The position numbers and the translations under genes were made by a program. This document shows positions 38,770-50,932 of a stretch of 64,000 nt of DNA, one piece after another. Each line of letters starts with the position of its first letter. Position 1 is the stretch's first letter. The stretch comes from Orbicella franksi (lineage: Eukaryota), in the NCBI GenBank assembly GCA_964199315.1, contig OZ116703.1, positions 31,124,001 to 31,188,000 on the forward strand, in the 5' to 3' direction. Below the pieces are notes generated by a model. That model was not told the DNA's origin, did not search any database, and saw only the letters and a program-made list of their open reading frames with translations.

Positions 38770-41040
38770 ACGTTTTGAAAAAATCCCGAAGGACAGAAGA
38801 GAAAAAAAACGTGATGCTTTTGTGGGTACTGGAGCGACCAAGATACAACCATTGGACGGCATTGAATTCTACGGTAAGAAATAATAAACTGGAAATTCAT
38901 TATGCAAGAATAAGCGAGATCGGGCTGTGGAGGTGTCTTTAAAAGCGAGGAAAACATTAACAGGGGCGGAGCCAGGCTATTTTTAATTTTCGAGCGCCAA
39001 AGACTTTCTTAGTGCAGAGTGCCTTAGCGGTTGCCTACCGCTAAGGCACTATGGAACTAAGGCCCGAGGGCCTCAAGGTTCTAAGCCCCTAAGGCATTAA
39101 GGTGTAAACTTGAATGCTTGTTTTTTCAATTAATTATTTAGCACTGCAGCAAGTGATCAGGTGGGTTAGGTACCTGTGTTTCCCACGTAAAACAAGTTAT
39201 ACCCACCTCAAAGCTATACTTGTTTCAGAAAAGCCTTTGCTCTCCTTGTGGTACTATTCTCTTTAGAACAAAACCAATTTGTTCTAAACGCATGTGCAGA
39301 TTAGTTAGTGTTTGTGTTAACTAGACATTAGGTGGAAGATATAGTTCACACAGGATCACATACAAACGTTGAGTGCTTTTCCTTGTGGTAGAACCCAGCA
39401 TGTAAGATGCATGTGCTCTAGTATCGTTAGGGTTACACACTCCGGTTTCATCGCCAGCGCCACCTGGCTTTTTATATGTCACGTAATATAAATCTCAAAT
39501 GTATTTCAGACGTACAATCAGCTTGTAGAAGTCGTTTGGAGTATATATCAACTAGAATTGAAAATGAATGCTGATACAAAATATTCGTATAAAGATTATT
39601 ACTTTAATACAATAATCAATGTATACAATAGCATTGTTAAACACATTTTAGTCACTGTTGTATCAGACAACTCTAACAGAGGTATCATCTACCCACTCAA
39701 AACTAACATTAAATTATTTCTAAGAACCTATTAGCTTTAAATTAAATTATTAGCTCGAGATTTCTATGAAATGTAGCTAGATGTGAGGTTTGGCTAATTA
39801 TGTACCACAGCTCAGCCACTCAGATTGTAGCAATTGCATTAATTTTAAACCTATACTAGCAGAATTTTATCAAAAAAATTATCTAAATTCCATCTTAACA
39901 ACTTATTTTAAAGTTCATTTTTGAATATTATACTTAAATATATGTCATTCAAATTTGTTTTAAAATATCCAAAGTTATGCATTAAACTGTTAAAGTACAA
40001 GACTAGAAATATTTGAGAACCTGACTAAATGTGGAATCCTGTGACGGAAGCCACAAACCTCAGTCGACTGTTTTCACACTTATAAGTGTTCTCAAATATC
40101 GCATGGCTCTGGTACCTTTACACATATTGATTTACATCTGCGCAAACAAAAACAAACTATGGTGAGGTGTGTTTTCCACTTACATAACACATGGATTTCT
40201 TGTCAATCAGGAAAGCATGAGGTGTCCATGATTAAAGTTTTACCACAACATGCTGCTAATTTAATATTCTATCAACTCTGCTGAAAGTAAGCAGTTCATA
40301 AAAGAAGCTTAGACGCCGTCCCCATATGAGCTCTGACTGCATTTCAGTCTATCTAATGAAATTAGTCTAAAACTATTCACTCTCGTGTTTTTGTCATGAC
40401 TAAGCACAACGTTCAACAACATAAACTAATCGTCCTTACAATAAGAAAATCAAAACTGCATCCCATTAACTGACTGCTGTTGACCCTGAAAGAGTAAGCT
40501 GTATAGATGTTAGGTTAGCAACTGGTTATCTTGAGACAATTTTTTTTGGCAGAGTGACAACTTTTGTTATTTTTTCATTCTTCTTATGATCTATGAAAAA
40601 ATTATTCCACAAATTTTCTCTGCAAACATTACTTCACTTTGAAAACACAAAACACTATATGCAATGGATAGCAACAGTAACAGAGCTACTTTTAGACATA
40701 ACATTTCTCGGCAGAGTTTCTGACCATTCTCTCTCCACAGCAACACAAGACATAAAATTATTCTTAACATTCCAAGACAGCTGGAAGAGAAGCCCTGAGG
40801 CTTAGTCTGGTGGTTTGCAATAGGCTGTTTCTTGGTTCTTTCTTGCCTCTTATTACAAAATAAACTCAGGTGTAAAACGTCCTACAAAAATGGGTTTACT
40901 CACAAGTTTACTTTATAGAACTCCCAACCATTTCCATTTGAGTTACTTCAACAATGGCTAGTTTTGACACAGTAGCAAAAAACGCTCCAGATACATGTAA
41001 CCAATCGAAATAATGTTATTTCTAAGTATTGGAAAATGAA

Positions 41041-44000
41041 CTAAGTTAAAGCCAAAGATGTAAGCACGCCTCCCACCCACCCTGGGGAAAGTTTTGCCAG
41101 AATAAAACACGGCACTGGATTCATTGCATCACAACCAATGGCAATTCGAACCATTGTGGAGAATATTGGTTTGAGCCAATCAAAGAAAGTATTAGCCTTC
41201 TTTAGATCAACACTATACGATGTTCCTAAAGTATTCCAGCTGACATGGCCACGCCCTTCTTCGGAATCTTCATCTTCATTGTTGTCTTCTTCCTGCGACT
41301 CTGGTTCTTTATCATCAAACAATGGGTTGTTGTTCATCTCAGGATTAAAGTGAAAAATTGTAAAAATATCCTCTGCAGTAGGGAGGGTGTCTTTGTTCCA
41401 GCGAAACAAGCACGTTTCTACCTCACCTGTGCCCTCATTAGCCCAGGCTCCTAAAAAAATAATCATCACCATTTTAACAAAGAGATTCCTTATAACCACA
41501 TGTAACATATCACAGATGACATCAAAATGTTGTAAGAACAATAAAGTGGCTCATGAGCTGTTTGTAAGGACCAATAAAATTGCCAGGATAATTTGCCATA
41601 TTACATAACACTAAGAAGCCCAATTTACAGTTCTGCGAAAGGTAACTTGGCCTCCGCATGAAAGCAAGGTTTGGACCGACCAGATAAGAAACTATTTAAC
41701 ATGGCAAAAGAATAATTTACATTTGAAAACGAAAAAGATTTGTATCATAACAAAGACAAATCTAATAATAATAATAACAATAATAATAATAATAATAATA
41801 ATAGTAATTGTAATTGTAATAGTAATAGTAATAGTAATAGTAATAATAACAATAATTCTAATAATCTTATAAAAAACAATTTGGAAAAACATTTAAGCAG
41901 GAAAATTAATGTAAGTACAGTAACATGACGTTTCAATGACTTCATGTCATCATTGTCAAATGAACAAATTAAAAATGACAGCAAGGCACATTTATAGTAT
42001 TTAGGATGTGAGAAAATAAAATTAGCAAACATTACATGAAAACATTCACGTAAAACGTTTTGTGCAAATGGAATCCACTTGCAATATTCCATTTGTGCAA
42101 AACTTTAGCCTCGCTTCTGTTCAAAGGCCTGGGCTATTTATTGTGATGGCTCCAAGCCTCCATAATTTCAAAATCACCTCACCATAAAACTAGAAAATAT
42201 ATGACTCACAGTAAACTATTGATAATGTAAGTGTTCTGAACTCTGGGCTGGGCATTCAAAGAACAATTACAGAAAGCTTTGCCAGGATCTTTCAGCTGTG
42301 GTCTTGGCATGTTGCCAGGCAAAATGCCATGGATTAACCTGCTGTAACCTAGAATCTGAAGTGGTGCAGTGGCCTCATGGTTAGTGCACCCGCCTCCTGA
42401 TCGAGTGTTCCATGTTCAAGCCCTGGCCACAGACATTGTGTAGTGATCTTGTGCAAGACACTTTACTCTCATAGTGCCTCTCTCCACCCAGGTGTATAAA
42501 TAGGTACTGGTAAATTCAATGCTGGGGGATGACCCTGGATGGACCAGCATCGTATTCAAGAGGGGAGTAGAAATACTCCTAGTTGCTTCATGCAGCTGAA
42601 ATGGGGATGAGCACTGGCCTGATTAGCCACTTGGCTCGTATAGAGACTTTCCCTTTAACCCAACATCTGATCCATAATTATATGCACACGCCTAATAGTT
42701 AGCATACTGGACTTTGGACCTGGTGGTTTGGGTTCAAGCCCTGGCCTGCATCACTGCAAAGTGTTTTTGTGCAAAACATTCTGCTCTCACAGTACCTCTC
42801 TCCACCTAGGTATATAAATGTCTACCAGCATACATGTATTAAAAAGCTGATAGGAAACTCTGTGAGGGACTAAAAATCCCAACCAGGTGAAAAGTAGACT
42901 TGTACTCCTAGTCTCTTAATGCAACAGAAACTGGGATATTAGCTCTGGAGGTCTGGAAGGCAGACTTAACATCTACCCTAACCCTAAGACTCACTATTTT
43001 CCAGACGCTCTACCACTATCATGGTCAGATGCTAGTTGCCATAATGATTTATATTTCCATCACATTTGAAAGGGTCTTTTAATTATATGCCTAGGTAAAC
43101 ACCCAGTTTGGAAAATTCTCTATACCACTGATTAGTCTTCCAGTAAATAAATAAATATGATACAGTATTGTTTACCAATACAAATGTAATTTGTCTACCA
43201 AAACTAGCTTATTTCAATCCCCTATCCCAGACACCTAGAAAGCCATGCCCTTCACAGCAACTTACCGCAATCTAGCTCCAGATCCACTGCGGCAATCTGT
43301 ATCCTAGTCAAAATGTACAATGCCTTGAGAAGATCTTTATACTTAAGCTCTTTATCTGACTCTATTGTATGATCGGCCAAATGGACAATGCCACATTTCC
43401 AGCGCTTTGGAGGGTCAGAGAACACATATACATTAGATTTGTCTGCATTTTCATCCCAGTAATAGAACCATTCATCTGGAGTAGTCCACACATTGAGATG
43501 CCCAGTCGGTTCCTCTTCATCAGTTAAATTATAGTGTCTGAGCACATAGTGTTTACAGAACTGCTCTGAAGAAAGAAGTTCCTAGATAACAAATAAAAAG
43601 AGTGATAATTTTTTAGCATCACTTTTTGAGATTTTGTTTTTGTAAAAATACCTTTTAGTTGTTGGGTCTGGGCTATGTTATGAGTGGAGGAATGGATGAG
43701 TGAGTGAGTGAGAGATGTATGAATCATAGTAAGTGGTTTCAACCCAGGAGTATCAGTAGTTCCTCTTGTGTGATCCTCCGGGTGAGGGTAAGTTCTGAAA
43801 AGTACTGTTGTTGGTCACTGATGTTTCAACAACCTGAGCAATATTATTGAATATTACTTGTCAGGCAATGGTGATACAAGTCTGGTCCACTGTAAGGTAA
43901 GAGTAGATGAGATAGTATTGGCTGAAAGACTTGCGTAAAGTTTGTCAACAGTCATTGGTTGGTTCTAGTAAGTTTGGATCTGTCTATTTCGTGAAATTAA

Positions 44001-46086
44001 GTCCATCAGTTTGAGGCCCGTCTATTGTTAGTCAAATTAAGTCAGTCTGTTTGAGGTCCGTCTACTGTAAGTCATAAAACTGATTGGGACTCTGCTCAGT
44101 GCTTTACCTATGCTACAAATTATTTTCAATGACTTTAGAAATAGCTAGTACACTAACATAGAACAAATGCCCTACCAGCACCTCACAAACGACTTGTTCA
44201 TGACAAAAACAAAACCGAAAAATGGACTCAAATAGACCTACTTAATTTGACAAATCATTTTTGTGTCAGAACTTACTAAAGAGTTCAAACATGTACTCAC
44301 CTTCCATTCTTTACAGACTAACATACAGTTGCACACTTCTGGCAAAGGTAAGAACGCAACTATTTTTGAAATTACTTCTGATGGTAGGAACAGAAGAGTT
44401 GTCATCTTGTGTTTTGGAGAAGAATTGCTCTGTGTAAAAACAAACCAAAGATGTGCTCATCAGCTGTTCAAGAAATCAGCTATTTATTTACAAGTTTGAG
44501 TAACGCAGTGGCCTCATGGTTAGTGTACTTGCCTCTGGATCAATCGGCCCAGGTTCGGGCCCTGGCCGGTGACATTGTGTTTTGCTCTTGGGCAAGACAC
44601 TGTGCCTCTCTGGCCAGGTGTATATATGGGTACCGGTGAATTTAATGTTAGGGGTAACGTTGTGATGGACTGGCATCTTATCCAGGAGGGAGAAGAAATA
44701 CTCCTTGTCACTTTGTGCTACAGAAACTGGAAATAAACGCCGGTCTGATGGGCTACTTGGTTAGTACAACGACTTTACCTTGAGTAACCTGTGCTGACCT
44801 TTCTTAATGGCTTGGAGCGAATTTAACGTCCCATAAATGGCAACAGTAGTCCACATTTTTGAGGCCCCAGGGGGGAGGTATCTCATACCCCGTTAATTTT
44901 TGGCCTAAATATCCCGCATCTGTTAATAATTTCTAATTTCCAAAATTAGCAATTTTCCTAGTTGATATCTAGGGATATCTGTTCTAAATATCCATTATCT
45001 TATTAATTTTTTTATCCAAAATCAATATTCTGTATCCCATCAATCTTGCCTCTATTTTCTACCCTTCCGTACCCCAAAAAGACCCGAAAAGGGTCTCCAG
45101 AGAGTATAGCCCACCAGTTCAAAGATTGTAGCCCAATAACATAATAAGCATTAATTTGACATGGTGGTGTCTTATAAAGTCGCCCCGCCAAAGATTAGAA
45201 AAACAAAAGCTTCAATTCAAAGCATTCTATCAGATACATTGGCCCAAAGTTATGGAGTTTATTACCCAAAAATGTAAGAGACCTTCCTGCATTATTTGTA
45301 TTTGGGCAGCGTATTAGATAGACTCCTCTGCGGCCGTTATTAGGGTCATCACGCAACGGTGGGGGAGAAGCGTTGCGTGACGACCCTAATAACGGGTGCG
45401 GAGGAGGCTACGTATTAGAAAGTTTGATTTAAATTCCTTTCTGGCTGATGCTCATTGTTCTGATTGTATTTCATGTCATACATGATAGACACTTTAGTAT
45501 TTTATTAAGTCTATATGTATTTGTAAATAGTTCTAAGCCACACTCAACAATCATGCACATGTAAATAATCTCATTCATTTCATACTCGTTTCATCAATTG
45601 TAAATATTTTTATTAATTTTAATTTATTTATAGTGTCCCCATTTAGTGGTTATTTACTGCTAGTTTAGTTTGACACCTAAATAAAGGTATTCATTCATTC
45701 ATTCATTCGGTCATTCATTCAATATTAATTCGAAACTTATCTCGGGATGACCGATAATAATCAAAGATTAGTTATTATATTAGTTATCACGTTATTAAAT
45801 AAAATTATAAATACAAAAGTGATTATTCGTGTATAAATTAAAATGCAAGTTAAGTTAAATAGTAAAAACAGCTTTTATGTTCATGCATCCAGCAAGAAAC
45901 TGCGAGAAAACATGAGTGGTTGCACGTATGCTGATCGCGCTGCAATTTACGCAACGTAAAATGTACAACATGAAATGCTTTGGTGCTTAAATTTCTTTTT
46001 TTACCGTACGTAGTTCACATGACTAATGTCAGTGTCATTCTTGTATCCTCACTCACCTGTTTCTGCAGCTGGGTGACTTCAGCCAT
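41041..46086 (-). CDS. F-box protein with putative NuiA-like C-terminal domain, paralog 2 (294 aa)
   Basis: Exons 46086-46057 (MAEVTQLQKQ), 44429-44301 (F-box FLPSEVISKIVAFLPLPEVCNCMLVCKEWK), 43581-43266 and 41450-41041 (ends PGWVGGVLTSLALT-TAG). All GT-AG, no stops. Confidence 0.9.
41762..41860. repeat. Compound (AAT/AGT/TGT) microsatellite; orthologous (AAT/AAC)n tract at ~54610-54755
   Basis: Seen directly in both duplicate copies, with different expansions. Confidence 0.9.
42361..42650 (+). mobile_element. tRNA-derived SINE, followed by a second partial copy; paralogous copy at 55243-55507
   Basis: GCAGTGGCCTCATGGTTAGTG head and ...GCCACTTGGCTCGTATAGAGACTTT tail. Confidence 0.85.
44505..44780 (+). 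mobile_element. tRNA-derived SINE; paralogous copy at 56968-57263
   Basis: Same family consensus, at the same position in both duplicates, so it predates the duplication. Confidence 0.85.
45217..45723 (+). mobile_element. 5'-truncated CR1/L2-type LINE 3' end, specific to copy A, containing a small hairpin MITE (~45320-45410)
   Basis: Encodes SIRYIGPKLWS...LPKNVRDLP, followed by AATAAA and an (ATTC)n tail. Flanked by TTCAAT (45211-45216 and 45718-45723). Copy B has a single TTCAAT at 57690-57695. Confidence 0.85.
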
Positions 46087-47192
46087 GTTTCGGAACAAAA
46101 AATGTGCAAGGCGTTATATCCGAGCGTAATTGTCACCAGTCTCTTGCACTCACGACGTAAATTTATGTATCGAGCATGGCAAATATACACAGTTTCGAGC
46201 AGTTTTCACTTCTACTTTTATCGATAAATACTACCATTTTTTCACAGTCGGTTGCAAACCTACATAAGGGGTTTAGGGACTGGGTTGGCCTTTTAAAAAC
46301 GGAACAGTTTTTTCTGGTTGGACTCGCAGCGACAACGACTAGCCGTTTTTGTACTAAAATTCGAACAACTTCCCAACGCTGGAAACTCTTGTAGACTCAC
46401 CGTCTTTCCTACCTAGCTTCTATATGCATGAAAGAATATGCTGACCAAAAATTGCAAATTACCTTAGCCTCTTCTAGGCGTTCAGTTAGTTGGGGCGCAT
46501 TGCGAAAATTGCCGCTCTTCTCCCCTATTTTTTCGCTCGCCGATTTTAGCGCTGTGCCCTAACCAACCGAACGCCTGGAAGAAGCTAAAATTACCCAGAT
46601 ACACATCGTAGTGATACAACGCAATACCAAAGACGGTTTCGTTAACTTTATTTCGTGATTTCGACATTATCTATCGACAGAAAGTCATGCCTACGTCTCG
46701 AGAAACAGATTTCCTAGTGTATGAAAGGGTTGAAAAAATTCGTGCCTGTACTAGATCACCCACCCATCCCACCCCGTCTTCAAAAGTCAAATTGTTCACC
46801 CCAAGGTTATAACATGGTATTTCTTTTATTCTTTATCTTGTTCTTTTTGAGAGCCTCTGACTCTTCTTTCTGGAAACTATGCCAACAACAGTAAAAAACA
46901 AGGCCAACTCCAATCTTAATTTAATTCCCCGACCAACATGCTGAAAACGTCAAACATTTAATGCGCTAAAAACGTGAATGATTAGTTCATAACCTCGCGC
47001 ACTTGACAGAATCCTCGAGAAATCTTCAATGGTTTTTCTGGCCAGAATATAGGTCTGCGATTACGAGGAAATATAGTCTAATAAACTGACTTCTTAGTTT
47101 ATTGTGACAGAACTAGGAGAGGTTAAAACTTTATTACTGATGAAAGCCGTGTCATTATATGAACAATGGAGTTAGGAGAATACAAAACCAAC

Positions 47193-47484
47193 CTGACTCA
47201 TGGCGGAGAGAAGGCAAATGGTGTTCAGAAATACTCATCTTTGCGCCACTGTTTAATTTCCAAGTGTATTCCTGCACAACATTCAACATTCCGCGCACAA
47301 GATACAACGCACCTCGATCCGGTGAATCCTGGAAAAACACACAACAGTCAAACATTGCGCAATTATGGAAACTGAGAATAATAACTCCAACAACATCTTA
47401 ACGGAACCACCAACAATGTGGAGAAGAAGTTGTTCATGTAGGAGAGAAGGTACGGCTCTGAGGGTTTCACCTTATGGTCGATTT
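47193..47484 (-). pseudogene. VPS35L: Two orphan, inactivated VPS35L exons carried by duplication copy A
   Basis: 47328-47193 ([23 protein letters not shown]...) is 136 nt versus 138 nt at 63940-63803, a 2-nt deletion. 47484-47402 (IDHKVKPSEPYLLSYMNNFFSTLLVVP) is followed by TTAAGA instead of a GT donor. Confidence 0.88.
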
Positions 47485-48639
47485 CTAAACAAAACAGAAG
47501 AAAACTTAAAACGTTGGCAAACCAACAGCCTGCGAAATCAGCCGTCCTTCTCGAAGGACGGCTGTTTTGGCAGGCTAGCATATCAAGTTCTTTAAAAAAT
47601 TATTTACATTTTGTCCGTCCAACACCAAACTTAATATAAGTCTCGCGCGTTGACAAGAATGTTTTTCATAGCATGCTAAAAGGTTAACAGCTGAAAATGA
47701 AAGCAGAGACACACAAAAACACCTTTCATTTTTTAAGAGGCAATGCAGTGTTTTGAAGTATTGATCATAAATGTGTTGAGAGTGTGAGATAGAAAAGGTT
47801 AAGTACGTACAATAGATATGCAAAATCCCTCAACTTGCTTTAAGATCAGCCATATAAATATCACCGTTTACGAAAAACAAAACAGGTTACAATATCAAAG
47901 AATACATACACATATAGCTAATATCTTCGAGGGAAATTAAAACTACACAAAGTCAAAATAAAGTACATGACTAAATTAAATATGAACTAAAAAGGAATAA
48001 TTTTTCCTATTAATACAACCATTCTTATATTTAAATCGGATTACTAGCTGTGAAATATATAGCCGCGAATGAACCGCTCGACGTCGCTAAGAATGCGTCG
48101 CAGGAATATTTTCATGAATTCTACGCCACGTAAAAATAACAAGCAGTGGGGTACAACTGTTTAATATGTACATACATCAAGCAACGATATAAGTTGTTTT
48201 TCTGAAATCTACCGCAAAGTAAATTTCGCTGACCAACCAACGACAAAAATTACCTCAATCGGTTCTCTTTTCATCAGATCCTTGAATAGCCGATCCCACT
48301 TAAATCTCTTATTTGCAGGAAATGACTGAAATACATATTTAATTTTCGATTTCAAAGGGGATACACCATCTTTTCTTTATAAGAATATTGTTTTTCCGGC
48401 CCAGACTGAGTAGTCTTATTTTTCTGCCGGTTTTAGGATGACAACGTTTTTGGGAAGACTCTTAGACTATGCGTATGACATTTCCGTTTTATTGCCTTTG
48501 ATGGCGTTGAAGTAATTTTGGAGCCAGACTGCTGGCAACAAAGCCTGATATGGCACACAAAACTTCTTGCAAAATTTTATTAGTATCAAACATTCGGCGA
48601 GTGCTGTTTTTGTTTATTTTTGGCCAGTTTGCCGTTTAA

Positions 48640-50680
48640 GGTCATTCAACTGAAATAGAACCTGTACTGAGATTTTTGTCAAACTTTGCCTATTGATTGT
48701 TTATATTATAGGAACTTAAATTTTGAAATAAAAATGAGGGGTCCCCATGTTCGTTTAGGAGCAACAGCACCTTGTCTATACCCATATAAATCCTTATAAT
48801 AGCACCATGATTGTAGACATGATTGCTCGCTAAATTCACGTTTCCGACGACTGTTTTTTTGTTCTACACTAAGAATTGGTCCATAAATATTTTACACAGA
48901 GAAATTTATTACTTAATTCAAAACAACAGAAATAAAAAGATAGTTCACCATACTCGTTAGCGAGAAAATGACGATTTATCTCTATGGCGAGGTCTGTACG
49001 GGTCCGCAAATGATCCCGGACCGCAAATGATCCCCAAATTGGACCGCAAATGATCCCGGACCGGAAATGATCCCCATATTGGACCGCAAATGATCCTGAT
49101 CAAAAAATAAGGAATGGCATGGATGGTGGGATGGTGTAAATAGGGAATTGGCGTACGTGAATACCGATGTTTTCATTAAAACCATCTTATAATTATAATG
49201 GCTTACAACTTGCTTTTTTTCATACTTTCGACTAAATTTTGTCGCTAACTACGATGTTATGAATATCACCACTCAATCATCAAAACACGACTTGGCTTGC
49301 ATTTCTTTGCAATTCTCAGTAAAATTATGATCAGTGCAACATACGCTACATATCCTCCTTTGTTAAACATTGATAATTCGGTGTTATAGTTAAATCACAT
49401 TTTATCAGCCAACGCCACTCGTCTAAAGTTTTAAACTAAAATCTAACCATGAAGCAACTATTAATGAAGACGCTGCACCTGAGTAGACCTACAAGCCTAC
49501 AACGCCGGCTACAACGCTTCATTACTCTGTAAAACACCTAGTGGTCCCCGGGTAGTGGTCCCAGTGTGTAGCACTGGAAATTTGAACAAATTTGTTTTGT
49601 AATTTTTCCTTGGTCGTATTTTGGCTTTAATTCCTCGGAAATGACTACTTGAGAATTCTAAGAAGCCAAAATTCCAAGCTATAATTATGAACTTCAGCTG
49701 CATGACCACGCAAGGCCAAGGCTTGCGCTTCGTTTGACAATTAGCTGTTTGATAGATGTTTGATACTATCGCCACCGGGATTTCGAGAATGTTTACAAGT
49801 GTGTATCTTTCTAAGACTTCTAATTCAATAGATCGTCGTCACGTGACGTGTTTTTATCCTCATCAGGCATAAGAGGCGGTATACCTATATCTGTTTACAA
49901 TTAGCGTGCTTCGTTTGGAAACCAGAGCATTTTGAATTTCAGGGTTATGGAGGTTGCGTGACACAGGGCTACGATCGAGTTTGTTGAAAAATATATACTT
50001 ATCTCATGATTTTGAGCCTTTTTAGAAGTTAGAGCATTAGAAAAAGGGTTATGTTATTGCTTGTTTGTTTAGTACTGATAATCAGTCGCCTAGAAAGCCA
50101 AAATAAGTTCCAGATTTTAAACTATATTCCGGCCGCCATATTGGTGTACCACAGATGTACACCCGGCCAACATGGCGTTTTCTTACTGGGCAGTGTAAAT
50201 TTCTGGGAAACATTTACGACGAATATCTGAAGTTTGGGGAAACGCACAGGCTTAAAACTTGGAGAAGTGCCTTATTTAGTTATCTTCTATAGGGTACATT
50301 ACAATTTCTTAGCTTTTTCCATTGGCTGGTTTTCGATTTATTATTTTTTTTTTTATTGCGTAACAGCGAAAACGATCTGTACCCTTCGCAGAACAAAACA
50401 GCAACTGTGGAATATTTTTTTGTAAAATGATAAAATTTGTTTTTAGTTCATTATTTTTGTACATGTTCTCACCTTCCTCTGATATAAATCCATGCCATTC
50501 CTTATTTTTTGATCGGGATCATTTGCGGTCCAATATGGGGATAATTTCCGGTCCAGGATCATTTCCGGACCCGTACAGGTCCAGCTGTAAAGAAAAAGCC
50601 GCCATTTTTTAATGCGCGCGCGCTAATCACGCGCGAAATTATGCGCAGTAGGGATGCGCAATGCAATACTGGGAATGACC
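48640..50680. mobile_element. TTAA-targeting non-autonomous DNA transposon (Kolobok-like, ~454 bp) interrupted by a nested element
   Basis: TTAA (48636-48639), GGTCATTC...GAATGACC, TTAA (50681-50684). The empty TTAA site is at 38315-38318 in copy A. The superfamily call rests only on the TTAA TSD and purine-purine termini. Confidence 0.8.
48995..50577 (+). mobile_element. 1.58-kb non-autonomous TIR element, copy 1
   Basis: TGTACGGGTCCGCAAATGATCCC...GGACCCGTACA termini with subterminal GGACCGCAAATGATCCC repeats. Direct repeat GGTC at 48991-48994 and 50578-50581. No transposase ORF. Confidence 0.9.
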
Positions 50681-50932
50681 TTAAAGAAAGGAACAATTTT
50701 TTTACGATTTAGATAAAAACAAATAATTGTATTATATTCGCAAATTTTCAACACACAAGTATATTCTTTTCAAAATCTCAGCCCAGGGTTCATTTTTAAA
50801 ATGTTCTTAAAATTTCGCAAATTTCACCTCAACATTCTTGTGAAATATATTTTTATAGGGAAAAAAGACAGACAGAAATGGTGTAATACTACCATGAACG
50901 TAGTTCTTAACCCCTCAAATTCAGATTCAGGT

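Larger units (their letters stand above)
37577..47900. repeat. Tandem segmental duplication, copy A (~10.3 kb)
   Basis: Colinear with 47901-64000: 37584~47905, 38319~50685, 41041~53883, 46057~58044, 46484~60118, 46690~63300. Differs by substitutions and copy-specific indels. Confidence 0.92.

Noticed and set aside
41692-42092. Poly-Leu/Ile/Asn ORFs here and at 33641-33856 and 54537-54859
   Set aside because: These are translations of (AAT)n-type microsatellites.
42361-42430. tRNA-like sequences at SINE heads (also 44505, 55243, 56968, ~14035)
   Set aside because: Each continues into a shared ~200-bp SINE body and is degenerate, so these are not tRNA genes.
47575-47823. Possible third orphan VPS35L exon (YDQYFKT...)
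   Set aside because: No acceptable splice acceptor and only two or three matching residues.
48995-49100. GGACCGCAAATGATCCC repeats (also 50510-50577, 58516-58615, 59990-60113) look superficially like a CRISPR array
   Set aside because: Units are nearly adjacent with no unique spacers, form the inverted ends of a transposon, and the host is eukaryotic with no cas genes.
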